47,257 nt of DNA. It comes from Deltaproteobacteria bacterium. Its GTDB lineage: Bacteria > Myxococcota_A > UBA9160 > UBA6930. Both the position numbers and the translations under genes were made by a program. The stretch covers positions 1 to 47,257 of the forward strand of contig JAJDAR010000298.1 in assembly GCA_029261775.1 (NCBI GenBank), given 5' to 3'. Shown piece by piece: positions 1-7,368 of this stretch; the first letter of the stretch is position 1, and the number at the start of each line of letters is the position of its first letter. Below the pieces are notes generated by a model. The model saw nothing but the letters and a program-made list of their open reading frames with translations. It made no database searches and had not been told where the DNA came from.

Positions 1-1
1 G

Positions 2-226
2 CGCATCGCCCGGGCCGAGCTCGCTGATCGCTACGTCGAGCCCGCCTTCGTGGCGAGCCGCCTGGAGCGGGTCTTGTCGCGCCGACCCCGCCTCGCCCTC
101 CAAGGCCAGGAGGTCGACACCGTCGCCCGCTGGGCCGAGCAGGGGGCACGGGAGGTCGCGAGCTGTGGAGCTGCGCTCTTCGAGGAGGTCCGCGCAGGTC
201 TCGAGGCCGACCGGGTTCCGACCTGA
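2..226 (+). CDS. C-terminal fragment of a protein entering from the left edge (hypothetical; weak resemblance to an ACP phosphodiesterase C-terminus)
   Basis: Frame 2 is open from the edge to TGA 224-226 (RIARAELADRYVEPAFVASRLERVLSRRPRLAL...) with GC3-rich codons; the family guess is weak. Confidence 0.55.
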   Translation, partial: RIARAELADRYVEPAFVASRLERVLSRRPRLALQGQEVDTVARWAEQGAREVASCGAALFEEVRAGLEADRVPT

Positions 227-248
227 CGCCGTGGTAACCTCCGGCGCC

Positions 249-1259
249 ATGAAGATCGACGGCGGACTGATGACCAAGGCGGCCGACGCGGCCGAAGCGG
301 CGAAGCGCCTCGAGGCCCAGGGCTTCGACGCGGGCTGGAGCTTCGAGGGCCCGCACGACCCGTTCTTTCCCCTGCTCCTGGCCGGGCAGGCGACCGAACG
401 CCTCGAGCTGGGCACGGCCATCGCCGTGGCCTTTGCGCGCAACCCGATGATCTGCGCGAACATCGGCTACGACTTGCAGGAGCTCTGCGGCGGGCGCTTC
501 ATCCTCGGGCTCGGCACGCAGATCCGTCCCCACATCGAGAAGCGCTTCAGCCAGCCCTGGTCGAAGCCCGCTGCACGGATGCGCGAGTTCGTCCAGGCCA
601 TCCGCGCCATCTGGCACACCTTCGAGACGGGCGAACGCCTCGAGTTCCGCGGCGAGTTCTACACCCACACCATCATGATCCCGGCCTTCAACCCCGGCCC
701 GAATCCCTTCGGCCCGCCCCGGCTCTTCGTCGCCGGCGTAGGACCGAAGCTGGTGGAGGCGCTCGGTGAAGTCGCCGACGGGTTCTTCGTGCACCCTTTC
801 CACTCGTCGGCTTTCCTCGAGGCGGAGACCCTGCCGGCCCTGCGGCGCGGTCTCGAAACCGGAGGCCGTGCGCGCAAGGACTTCGAGGTCTCGTGCCAGA
901 CCATCACCGCGATCGGCGCGAACGACGAGCAGATCGAGACGGCACGCCGCAAGGCCCGCGGCCAGATCTCCTTCTACGGCTCGACCCCCGCCTACAAGGG
1001 GGTGCTCGAGCACCACGGCTACGAGGGCCTCCAGCCCGAGCTCAACCGCATGTCCAAGGAGGGCAAGTGGCTGGAGATGATCACGCGGATCGACGATGAC
1101 CTCTTCGATCTGATCGCGGTGAGCGGCACGCCGGCCGAAGCGGGCACGAAGCTACGAGAGCGAAACGCCAGCTTCGCCGACCGCTCCACCCTGATGCTCT
1201 ACAACGAGACCGACCCCGAAGCCGTCACCGACCTCATCCGCACCGCCCGCAACCCCTGA
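249..1259 (+). CDS. LLM-class probable F420-dependent oxidoreductase (TIGR03617/MSMEG_2256-like)
   Basis: Motifs E..HDPF.PL, LGTAIAVAFARNP, GRFILGLGTQIRPHIEKRFS, FYGSTPAY. ATG 249 chosen over the upstream GTG because of a TAACCT -10-like hexamer at 235-240. Confidence 0.9.
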   Translation: MKIDGGLMTKAADAAEAAKRLEAQGFDAGWSFEGPHDPFFPLLLAGQATERLELGTAIAVAFARNPMICANIGYDLQELCGGRFILGLGTQIRPHIEKRFSQPWSKPAARMREFVQAIRAIWHTFETGERLEFRGEFYTHTIMIPAFNPGPNPFGPPRLFVAGVGPKLVEALGEVADGFFVHPFHSSAFLEAETLPALRRGLETGGRARKDFEVSCQTITAIGANDEQIETARRKARGQISFYGSTPAYKGVLEHHGYEGLQPELNRMSKEGKWLEMITRIDDDLFDLIAVSGTPAEAGTKLRERNASFADRSTLMLYNETDPEAVTDLIRTARNP

Positions 1260-1261
1260 CC

Positions 1262-1464
1262 CAGTTGACAAAGGGGTCGGGTCTCTCGGTCAACTGAAGT
1301 TGACCGAGAAAGAACTTGAGAAAAGTGCCGGGCCATTTTCTTGAGTTGTTGTCGGCTGGCTGAGGGTGGGTGACTGCGTCGCAACTCAAGAGAAAGGCCG
1401 GGCCTGCTTCTTGAGTTGTTGGTCTACTGAAGTTGACGAAGGGGTCGGGGCTCTCGGTCAACTT
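1262..1464. repeat. Cluster of REP-like palindromic units (A-B-B-A arrangement)
   Basis: Unit A GTTGAC(A/G)AAGGGGTCGGG(T/G)CTCTCGGTCAAC at ~1264-1294 and ~1432-1462. Unit B AACTYRAGA..GCCGGGCC..TCTTGAGTT at ~1313-1347 and ~1382-1418. Perfect 12-bp inverted repeat at 1284-1295/1298-1309. Lies between convergent genes. Confidence 0.8.
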
Positions 1465-1826
1465 CTCTTGCGATCGCGAGCGGCTTGGGTGGTGAGGAAC
1501 GCCGACCAGGCGGTGCAGAGGAGCAGGCCGCCGGCCTCGCGCGGCGCCTCATCGGTGCTGGCAAGCATGCGGAAGGAGCTGAAGGCCTCCGGGCGGCTCC
1601 CGACCAGGCTGGGCAACCACACCAGTGCCAGGCCCGCGAAGGCGAGCAGTGCCGCGGCGTTCACACCGAGCGGGACGTGGCCGCGAGAGGCGAGCAGCGA
1701 GAGCACGGAGGCCGTGCCGTAGATCGCCGTCCAAAGGGCGGGGTCCGGGTCGTTCCACTGCACCGCCACCGAGAGTGCGAACACACCCGCCATCGCCAGC
1801 GAGAGCCAGCGAGCCCCGCGCCCCAT
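1458..1826 (-). CDS. Transmembrane 220 (TMEM220) family protein
   Basis: Signature VQWNDPDP..W..IY and RE.GGL, with several hydrophobic helices. Confidence 0.85.
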   Translation of the reverse strand: MGRGARWLSLAMAGVFALSVAVQWNDPDPALWTAIYGTASVLSLLASRGHVPLGVNAAALLAFAGLALVWLPSLVGSRPEAFSSFRMLASTDEAPREAGGLLLCTAWSAFLTTQAARDRKRS

Positions 1827-1831
1827 GACCC

Positions 1832-3076
1832 TCAGGCCTTGGGCTTGCCGAAGGCGCCGGCCTCGCGCAGGGCAGCGCGCCTGGCCTCGTCGTAGCCGAG
1901 CACCTCGGCCAGCACTTCGTCCGTGTGCTCTCCCACCGTCGGCGCGATCGACGGCGCCGGCAACTCCTCACCCGGAAACTTCACGGGGAAGGGCAGCATG
2001 TCCGCACCGTGGTCCTTGTGCGGGTAGAGCGGGAAGCGATCCCGGAACTGCGGATCGTCCACGATGGTCTTCGGCGTGTTCACCGGAGCGATGGGGAAGT
2101 TCTGCGCCTCGCCGAGGCGGATCCACTCCTCGCAGCTCTTCGAGCGGAAGACGTCCCGCAGGATCGCCTGCAGCTCCCGGTTGCCGCGCGCGTGGTCGGC
2201 GAACTTCGAGCCGGGCCACTTCTCGAACAGCTCGGCACGGCCGACGGCCTCGCAGAAGTTCTTCCAGAAGGCCTGCTCGGAGGCCATGAAGAGCACGTGG
2301 CCGTCGGAGGCCTCGTACATCTGGTAGCGCACGCCCTCCTTCATGCCGGCCGTGCCGGGGGCCCGGCGCTCGTAGTCGTCCGCTTCGTTGCCGGTGACCT
2401 CGTCCTCGGGCCGGTCGTAGGCCAGCCACGACTCGATCCGGTACCACTCCATGTAGGCGGTGGAGTCGGACTGACCGATCTCGAGCTCACAGCCCTCGCC
2501 GGTATCGCGCGCGCGCAGCACTGCCGCGAGGATCCCCATCGCGCCGAACATCGGCCCGGCGTGCATGCCGATCGACGCGTGCTCCGGAATGAAGCAGAAG
2601 CCTTCTTCGTCGACCTCGGGCTTGACCGAGCCGCCCCAGGTGTCGAAGGCGATGCCGTGCGCGGGCAGATCGCGGTAGGGGCCGGTGGCTCCGTAGCCGG
2701 AGAGGTTGCAGAACACGATCTTCGGGTTGATCGCCTTCAGGTCTTCGTAGCCGAGGCCCCGCTTCGCGAGCGCCCCGGGGCGCATCGCCTCGATCACGAC
2801 ATCCGCTCCCGCCACGAGGTCCTTGTAGATCTGCACCCCTTCCGGCGTGCGCAGGTCGAGAGTGATGCTCTTCTTGCCGCGGTGCACGTGCAGGTGCAGC
2901 AGCGAAACGCCGTGGATGATCGGCCAGGTCATGTCGCGGATGTAGTCGCCGGACGGCGACTCGACCTTGATGACCTCGGCGCCGAGATCAGCGAGATGGG
3001 TGCCGATCGCGCCGGGACCGAGCAGCGAGCTCTCGATCACGCGCAAGCTGCCGAGCGGGGGACCTTGATGGGACAT
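1832..3076 (-). CDS. CaiB/BaiF family III CoA-transferase
   Basis: LADLGAEVIKVESP.GD, RGKKSITLDL, E.MRPG...GLGY, C-terminal AP.VGEHTDEVL. Confidence 0.92.
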   Translation of the reverse strand: MSHQGPPLGSLRVIESSLLGPGAIGTHLADLGAEVIKVESPSGDYIRDMTWPIIHGVSLLHLHVHRGKKSITLDLRTPEGVQIYKDLVAGADVVIEAMRPGALAKRGLGYEDLKAINPKIVFCNLSGYGATGPYRDLPAHGIAFDTWGGSVKPEVDEEGFCFIPEHASIGMHAGPMFGAMGILAAVLRARDTGEGCELEIGQSDSTAYMEWYRIESWLAYDRPEDEVTGNEADDYERRAPGTAGMKEGVRYQMYEASDGHVLFMASEQAFWKNFCEAVGRAELFEKWPGSKFADHARGNRELQAILRDVFRSKSCEEWIRLGEAQNFPIAPVNTPKTIVDDPQFRDRFPLYPHKDHGADMLPFPVKFPGEELPAPSIAPTVGEHTDEVLAEVLGYDEARRAALREAGAFGKPKA

Positions 3077-3125
3077 GGTTCTTCCTCTTGGGAAGCGGGC
3101 GGCACACCGCCCGCATCATGCGAGA

Positions 3126-4244
3126 TCAGTCGAGGATCGCAGCGGCGATCCGCTCCTCGAGATGGCGACCGTCGAGCCAGCTCATCTGGAGCTGCTTGGC
3201 GCGGCGGAAGTAGAGCTGGATGTCGTACTCGATCGCGAAACCGACACCGCCCCAGACCTGCTGACAGGTGGCGGTGACGTCCCGGAAGGTCTGGCAGGCG
3301 AAAAGCTTGGCCATCGGCGCCAGCTTTCGCACGTCGCGGCCCTGACTGCGCATCCAGGCGGCTTCGTAGGTGAGGGTGCGGCTCCCGTCGAGTCGTGTGA
3401 GCGCATCGGCCAGGTAGTGGGCGATCGCCTGGAAGGCGCCGAGCGGCTTGTCGAACTGCTTGCGGTCCTTGGCGTACTGCACGGTCATCTCGAGGGCCCG
3501 GTCGCAGCCCCCGTTGGCGCGGGCTGCTGCGACGGTGACGCCATCGAGCATCACCTCCTCCCAGGTGGCGAAGGCCCCGGTGGTCGCCTGCCCGAGCGCC
3601 TCGGCCGGAGCTCCGGCGAGCTGCACGTCGTACTGCGTGTCCGAGGCGAGCGAGCGGGTCTGGTTCAGGGTCACGCCGGGATCGGAGGGATCGACCAGGA
3701 AGAGACCGATCTCGTGCTCCCCCGGGCCCGTGCGCGCCAGCGTGAGGAGGCGATCGGCCGCGCGCGCAAACGTGACGAGGCGTTTGTCTCCCTGGAGAGT
3801 CCATCCGTCGGCGGAGCGCTCGGCGCGAACCCGGATGCCCCGGCTCCCGAAGCTGCCCCTCGGCTCGAGCCAGGCCGGGGTCAGGATGGCCTCACCGCTC
3901 GAGATCTTCGGCAGCCAGTGCCGTTGCTGCTCCTCGCTCCCGGCTGCGAGCAGCGCGCCTGCGCAGAGGATCGCGCTCTCGAAGGCGGGCGTCGGCGCGA
4001 GCACGCGGCCCAGCTCCTCGTGCAGGATCACAGCGTCGAGCAGCCCCTGGCCCGAGCCACCGAGAGCTTCGGGGATGACGACCCCGAGCAGACCGAGCTC
4101 GCCGAGCTGCTTCCACAGCTCCTCGGGAACGCCGTGCGGATCGTCCTCGAGGGCCCGGACGGTCTCGATCGGGCAGGCGGCCGCGCACAGGCTCCGCACC
4201 ATGTCGCGCAGGACCTTCTGCTCTTCACTGAACTCGAGATCCAT
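3126..4244 (-). CDS. Acyl-CoA dehydrogenase, beta-type subunit (FadE27-like) of an alpha2beta2 ACAD
   Basis: MDLEFSEEQ, YAKDRKQFDKPLGAFQAI.H, GGVGFAIEYDIQLYFRRAK; lacks the SEP..GSD motif (has AWLEP). Confidence 0.88.
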   Translation of the reverse strand: MDLEFSEEQKVLRDMVRSLCAAACPIETVRALEDDPHGVPEELWKQLGELGLLGVVIPEALGGSGQGLLDAVILHEELGRVLAPTPAFESAILCAGALLAAGSEEQQRHWLPKISSGEAILTPAWLEPRGSFGSRGIRVRAERSADGWTLQGDKRLVTFARAADRLLTLARTGPGEHEIGLFLVDPSDPGVTLNQTRSLASDTQYDVQLAGAPAEALGQATTGAFATWEEVMLDGVTVAAARANGGCDRALEMTVQYAKDRKQFDKPLGAFQAIAHYLADALTRLDGSRTLTYEAAWMRSQGRDVRKLAPMAKLFACQTFRDVTATCQQVWGGVGFAIEYDIQLYFRRAKQLQMSWLDGRHLEERIAAAILD

Positions 4245-4262
4245 GACGGCCCCCGCCCCGAC

Positions 4263-4754
4263 CTAGGAGGACGGGCTCGGCTGCCAGTCGGAGCCCTTGC
4301 GCTTCCACGGGTTGTCGCCGGGCTCGGTCGGCACGGCGATCCGCGCGCTGCACGAGGTCGTGACCTCGTCGTCGACCGTCAGCCGGATCGCCAGGTCCAC
4401 CCAGCCGCAGCCTCGTTCGTCGGTCCCGGTGCCCTCGACCTTGCCGTGGAAGACCATCGTGTCGCCGGGGAACACCGAGTCCGACATGCGGAACTGGATC
4501 TTGCCGAGGCGCCCCTTGGGGCCGGTCCAGTCGGTGATGTAGCGCTCGAAGTAGGCGGCGTTGTGCGGTGTGTTGATGAACACGTGCTTCGTGCCGTTGC
4601 GCTCCTGCGCGAAGTCCTTGTCGTGGTGCATCGGGCGCCAGTCTCGGGTCGCAAGCGCGCCGAGCACCACGGTGGTGGGCGTGACCTCGATCGCGAGCTC
4701 GGGAAGCTCCTGACCCACCTGCACGTCGCCCAGCAGAAGCTGATCCTCGCTCAT
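4263..4754 (-). CDS. MaoC-like hot-dog (R)-hydratase subunit (ChsH1-like)
   Basis: V.VGQELP, ATRDWRPMHHD hydratase motif, VFPGD. ATG 4754 overlaps the upstream stop (ATGA). Confidence 0.85.
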   Translation of the reverse strand: MSEDQLLLGDVQVGQELPELAIEVTPTTVVLGALATRDWRPMHHDKDFAQERNGTKHVFINTPHNAAYFERYITDWTGPKGRLGKIQFRMSDSVFPGDTMVFHGKVEGTGTDERGCGWVDLAIRLTVDDEVTTSCSARIAVPTEPGDNPWKRKGSDWQPSPSS

Positions 4755-5263
4755 GACGGATCCCTCTTGTAGCCGTAGCCGGTGTAGCTCTCGACGGCGC
4801 AGAGCTCTCCGTTCTGGTTCTCGACCTCGACCTCCAGCACCCAGAAGCGGCCGGTGCCGAGCTTGGTCGTCTTGAGCGGGCTCACCGAGCGCAGGATCTG
4901 CGTCGTCTTCAGGCGATCGCCCACGCGTACCGGCTCGTGGAAGGTGATCGTGTTGTCCGTCATCACCGCTTCGGGCAGATCCAGGGTCGCCTTCAGGTCG
5001 AAGTGCAGCTGCAACGGCACTGCCTCCTCGGTGCGGCCCGGCGACCAGTAGTGGGGTCGGAACCAGACCGAGATCATCGACGGGGGCGCGATCGGGCCAC
5101 CCGTCAGCTCGTTGGCGACCTTCTCGTCCCAGAAGAGCGGATTGCCGTTCTGCACCGACGAACAGGAGGTGAAGATGTACCCCCGCTCGACGTCGAACTC
5201 GCCCCACTCTTCGTACTTGCGCTGGCCGATCCAGCTTTCCACCTCTGCCGGCAGCTCCGACAT
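4751..5263 (-). CDS. MaoC/FAS1-like dehydratase N-type subunit (partner of the adjacent MaoC protein)
   Basis: NPLFWDE..A...GGPIAPPSM, FHEPVRVGD, KTTKLGTGRF. GGAGG SD upstream of ATG 5263. Confidence 0.85.
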   Translation of the reverse strand: MSELPAEVESWIGQRKYEEWGEFDVERGYIFTSCSSVQNGNPLFWDEKVANELTGGPIAPPSMISVWFRPHYWSPGRTEEAVPLQLHFDLKATLDLPEAVMTDNTITFHEPVRVGDRLKTTQILRSVSPLKTTKLGTGRFWVLEVEVENQNGELCAVESYTGYGYKRDPS

Positions 5264-5322
5264 GTGCCTTCCTCCGGTTCTGGTCGGAGCCTTCGCCCCG
5301 TGGGTTCGTGCCGAGCCGCGCC

Positions 5323-6501
5323 TCAGGCGATGACGCCGCGCTCCCGCAACGCGTGGATGCGTTCCGGGCCGAAGCCCGCGCTCTCGAGCAGGGCGTCGGT
5401 GTCGCTCCGGCTCGCGTCTCCGGCTTCGACCGGCTGCTCGCCGCGCAACTGCCCGGCCATCACGGGGCCGAGCTGCTCGAACTCGCCCTCTCGTTCGTGG
5501 CGCGCCTTCGCGAACAGTCCGCGTGCGCGGTACTGGGGATCGTGAACGAGCTCCTTGATCTCGTAGACCGGCGCCACGCAGGTGTTGGCCGGTGCCAGCT
5601 CGGCGACCCAGGCGTCCCGCGTGCGCGCGAGAAAGGCCGCGGCGAAGTCCGCGCGGATCCGATCCTGCACCGCATCGTCGTTCTGATGCTCGAGCCAGCG
5701 CTCGCAGCCGAGCGCCTTGCAGAGGTTCGCGTAGAAGGGGGCCTCGATTGCGCCCACCGCGACGTACTTGCCGTCGCTGCAGGCGTAGGTGTCGTAGTAG
5801 GCGTAGCGCCCGGTCAGCACGTCGTGGCCCGGACCCGGCTCGGCACCGGTCGCCAGATGCTGGTCGATGTAGAGCGACATCAGGCCGAGCACGCCGTCGG
5901 CGACGGAAACGTCGAGGTACTCGCCCTCCCCCGTCCGCTCGCGGCGCAGGAGTGCGGCCAGGATCGCCATGGCCGCATGCATGCCACCGGCCGTGCTGTC
6001 GGCGATCGTGGCGCCGGGGATCGGCGGCTTGCCGTCCCGGCCGGGCTCGGTGCACGCGAGGTAGCCGCCGACCGCGAGATAGTTGATGTCGTGCCCGGCC
6101 CACTGCGACGCCGGGCCGGTCTGGCCGTAGCCGCTGGTCGAGCAGTAGAGGATGCGCGGGTTCACGGCCCGCACGGCCTCGAATCCGATCCCGAGCCGGT
6201 CCACGACGCCGGGGCGGAAGCTCTCGAGTACGACGTCGGCGTTGCGGGCCAGCGCGAGAAAGGCATCGCGCGCCTCCTCGTCCTTGAGGTCGAGGCGCAC
6301 CTGACGCAGCCCGCGGTTGGCGGAGTAGGCCCAGTAGGCGGGTTGGGTCTGCAGCCCGGCCTTGCGCGGTGGAACGCCGATCTTGACGACCGTGGCTCCG
6401 TAGTCGGCGAGGATCCGCGTGCAGCGCGAGCCGGGCCCGACGGTCGAGAAATCGAGCACCACCACGCCATCGAGAGCCGGGCTGGTGGGGGACTCGGGCA
6501 T
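5323..6501 (-). CDS. CaiB/BaiF CoA-transferase / alpha-methylacyl-CoA racemase-like
   Basis: ESFRPGV.DRLG, SGYGQTGP...AGHDINYLA and IAD..AGG, which are AMACR-like motifs. Confidence 0.9.
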   Translation of the reverse strand: MPESPTSPALDGVVVLDFSTVGPGSRCTRILADYGATVVKIGVPPRKAGLQTQPAYWAYSANRGLRQVRLDLKDEEARDAFLALARNADVVLESFRPGVVDRLGIGFEAVRAVNPRILYCSTSGYGQTGPASQWAGHDINYLAVGGYLACTEPGRDGKPPIPGATIADSTAGGMHAAMAILAALLRRERTGEGEYLDVSVADGVLGLMSLYIDQHLATGAEPGPGHDVLTGRYAYYDTYACSDGKYVAVGAIEAPFYANLCKALGCERWLEHQNDDAVQDRIRADFAAAFLARTRDAWVAELAPANTCVAPVYEIKELVHDPQYRARGLFAKARHEREGEFEQLGPVMAGQLRGEQPVEAGDASRSDTDALLESAGFGPERIHALRERGVIA

Positions 6502-6552
6502 CGACGGATCCGATCTCCTGGATGGGTCGGTGGGCCTGGGAGCGGATCCGGG

Positions 6553-6581
6553 AATATATACGATACGTCGCGTATTGTAAA
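6553..6581 (-). promoter_or_regulatory. Sigma70-like promoter TTTACA-N17-TATATT with a palindromic operator (TACGATACG-N3-CGTATTGTA, 6559-6579) over the spacer
   Basis: AT-rich island. Minus strand reads TTTACA atacgcgacgtatcgta TATATT, about 50 nt upstream of the 6501 start. Confidence 0.75.
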
Positions 6582-6619
6582 TCGAAAGCGTCGGCCAGGG
6601 CCCTTCGGACCCGACCGGC

Positions 6620-7291
6620 CTACCAGGCGTCGACGTGCAAGGTCCCGTCCAGGCTGCGGTTCTTGGCCGGCTTGAAGTCGGTCCCCAGGGTGAAGGCCAG
6701 CGGCGAGAGCGCCGTCTGCATCACCTCGGAGAAGGGAATCCCGAGGATCCCGGCGATCTCCTCCTCGTGCAGCAGGTGCAGGGTGGTCCAGGCCGTGCCG
6801 AGCCCGCGTGCCCGGGCCGCCAGCATGAAGCTCCAGAAGGCGGGCAGGATCGAGCCGAACTGGCTGGCGTGGGCGAGCTGCCCCATCGGTCCGGGGATCG
6901 CGGGCAGCCGGCCCTCGATGCACGGGATCACGAGGAAGGAAGCGCGGTGCAGGTTCTCGGCCAGCGCCTCGGCCGAGCCCACGACCTGCTGCATCACCCC
7001 CACGTCGTCGCCGCTCGCCTTCTCGGCCAGGGCGTGGGCCGAGACCGGCATCGAGCGGTAGCCCTCGAAGGCCTGGCGATACAGGTCGCCGATCTGCCGA
7101 CGCTTGGCCTCGTCGCCGACGAGCATGAAGTGCCAGCCCCGTGCGTTCGAGCCGCTGGGAGCCTGGAGGGCGATCTGCACGCATTCCTGCGCGAGGGCGA
7201 GCGGGACCGGCCGATCGAAGTCGAGGCGCTTGCGCACCGCGCGGGTGGTGGTGAGAAGCTCGTCGGGTGAGAGGTCGAGGGTGCTGGGCAT
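6620..7291 (-). CDS. Nitroreductase family protein
   Basis: LLTTTRAVRKRLD, A.QAPSGSN..GWHF, LAARARGLGTAWTT. Confidence 0.9.
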   Translation of the reverse strand: MPSTLDLSPDELLTTTRAVRKRLDFDRPVPLALAQECVQIALQAPSGSNARGWHFMLVGDEAKRRQIGDLYRQAFEGYRSMPVSAHALAEKASGDDVGVMQQVVGSAEALAENLHRASFLVIPCIEGRLPAIPGPMGQLAHASQFGSILPAFWSFMLAARARGLGTAWTTLHLLHEEEIAGILGIPFSEVMQTALSPLAFTLGTDFKPAKNRSLDGTLHVDAW

Positions 7292-7368
7292 TGCCGCATC
7301 GTAGCCCGGCCCTGCGCGATCGGGATCCAGGCGTGGCATGATCCGAGGCCCGGAAGGAGTCGCCCGAC

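Noticed and set aside
1262-1464. Possible mini CRISPR array
   Set aside because: The repeats are of two types, degenerate, and mostly abutting without regular unique spacers; there are no cas genes. REP-like fits better.
4263-6103. Long N-terminal extensions of the two MaoC ORFs (also 39042-40232, 19337-20650, 35912-38362)
   Set aside because: The extensions overlap upstream genes in another frame; internal starts with SD sequences, -10 hexamers or stop/start overlaps define the real genes.
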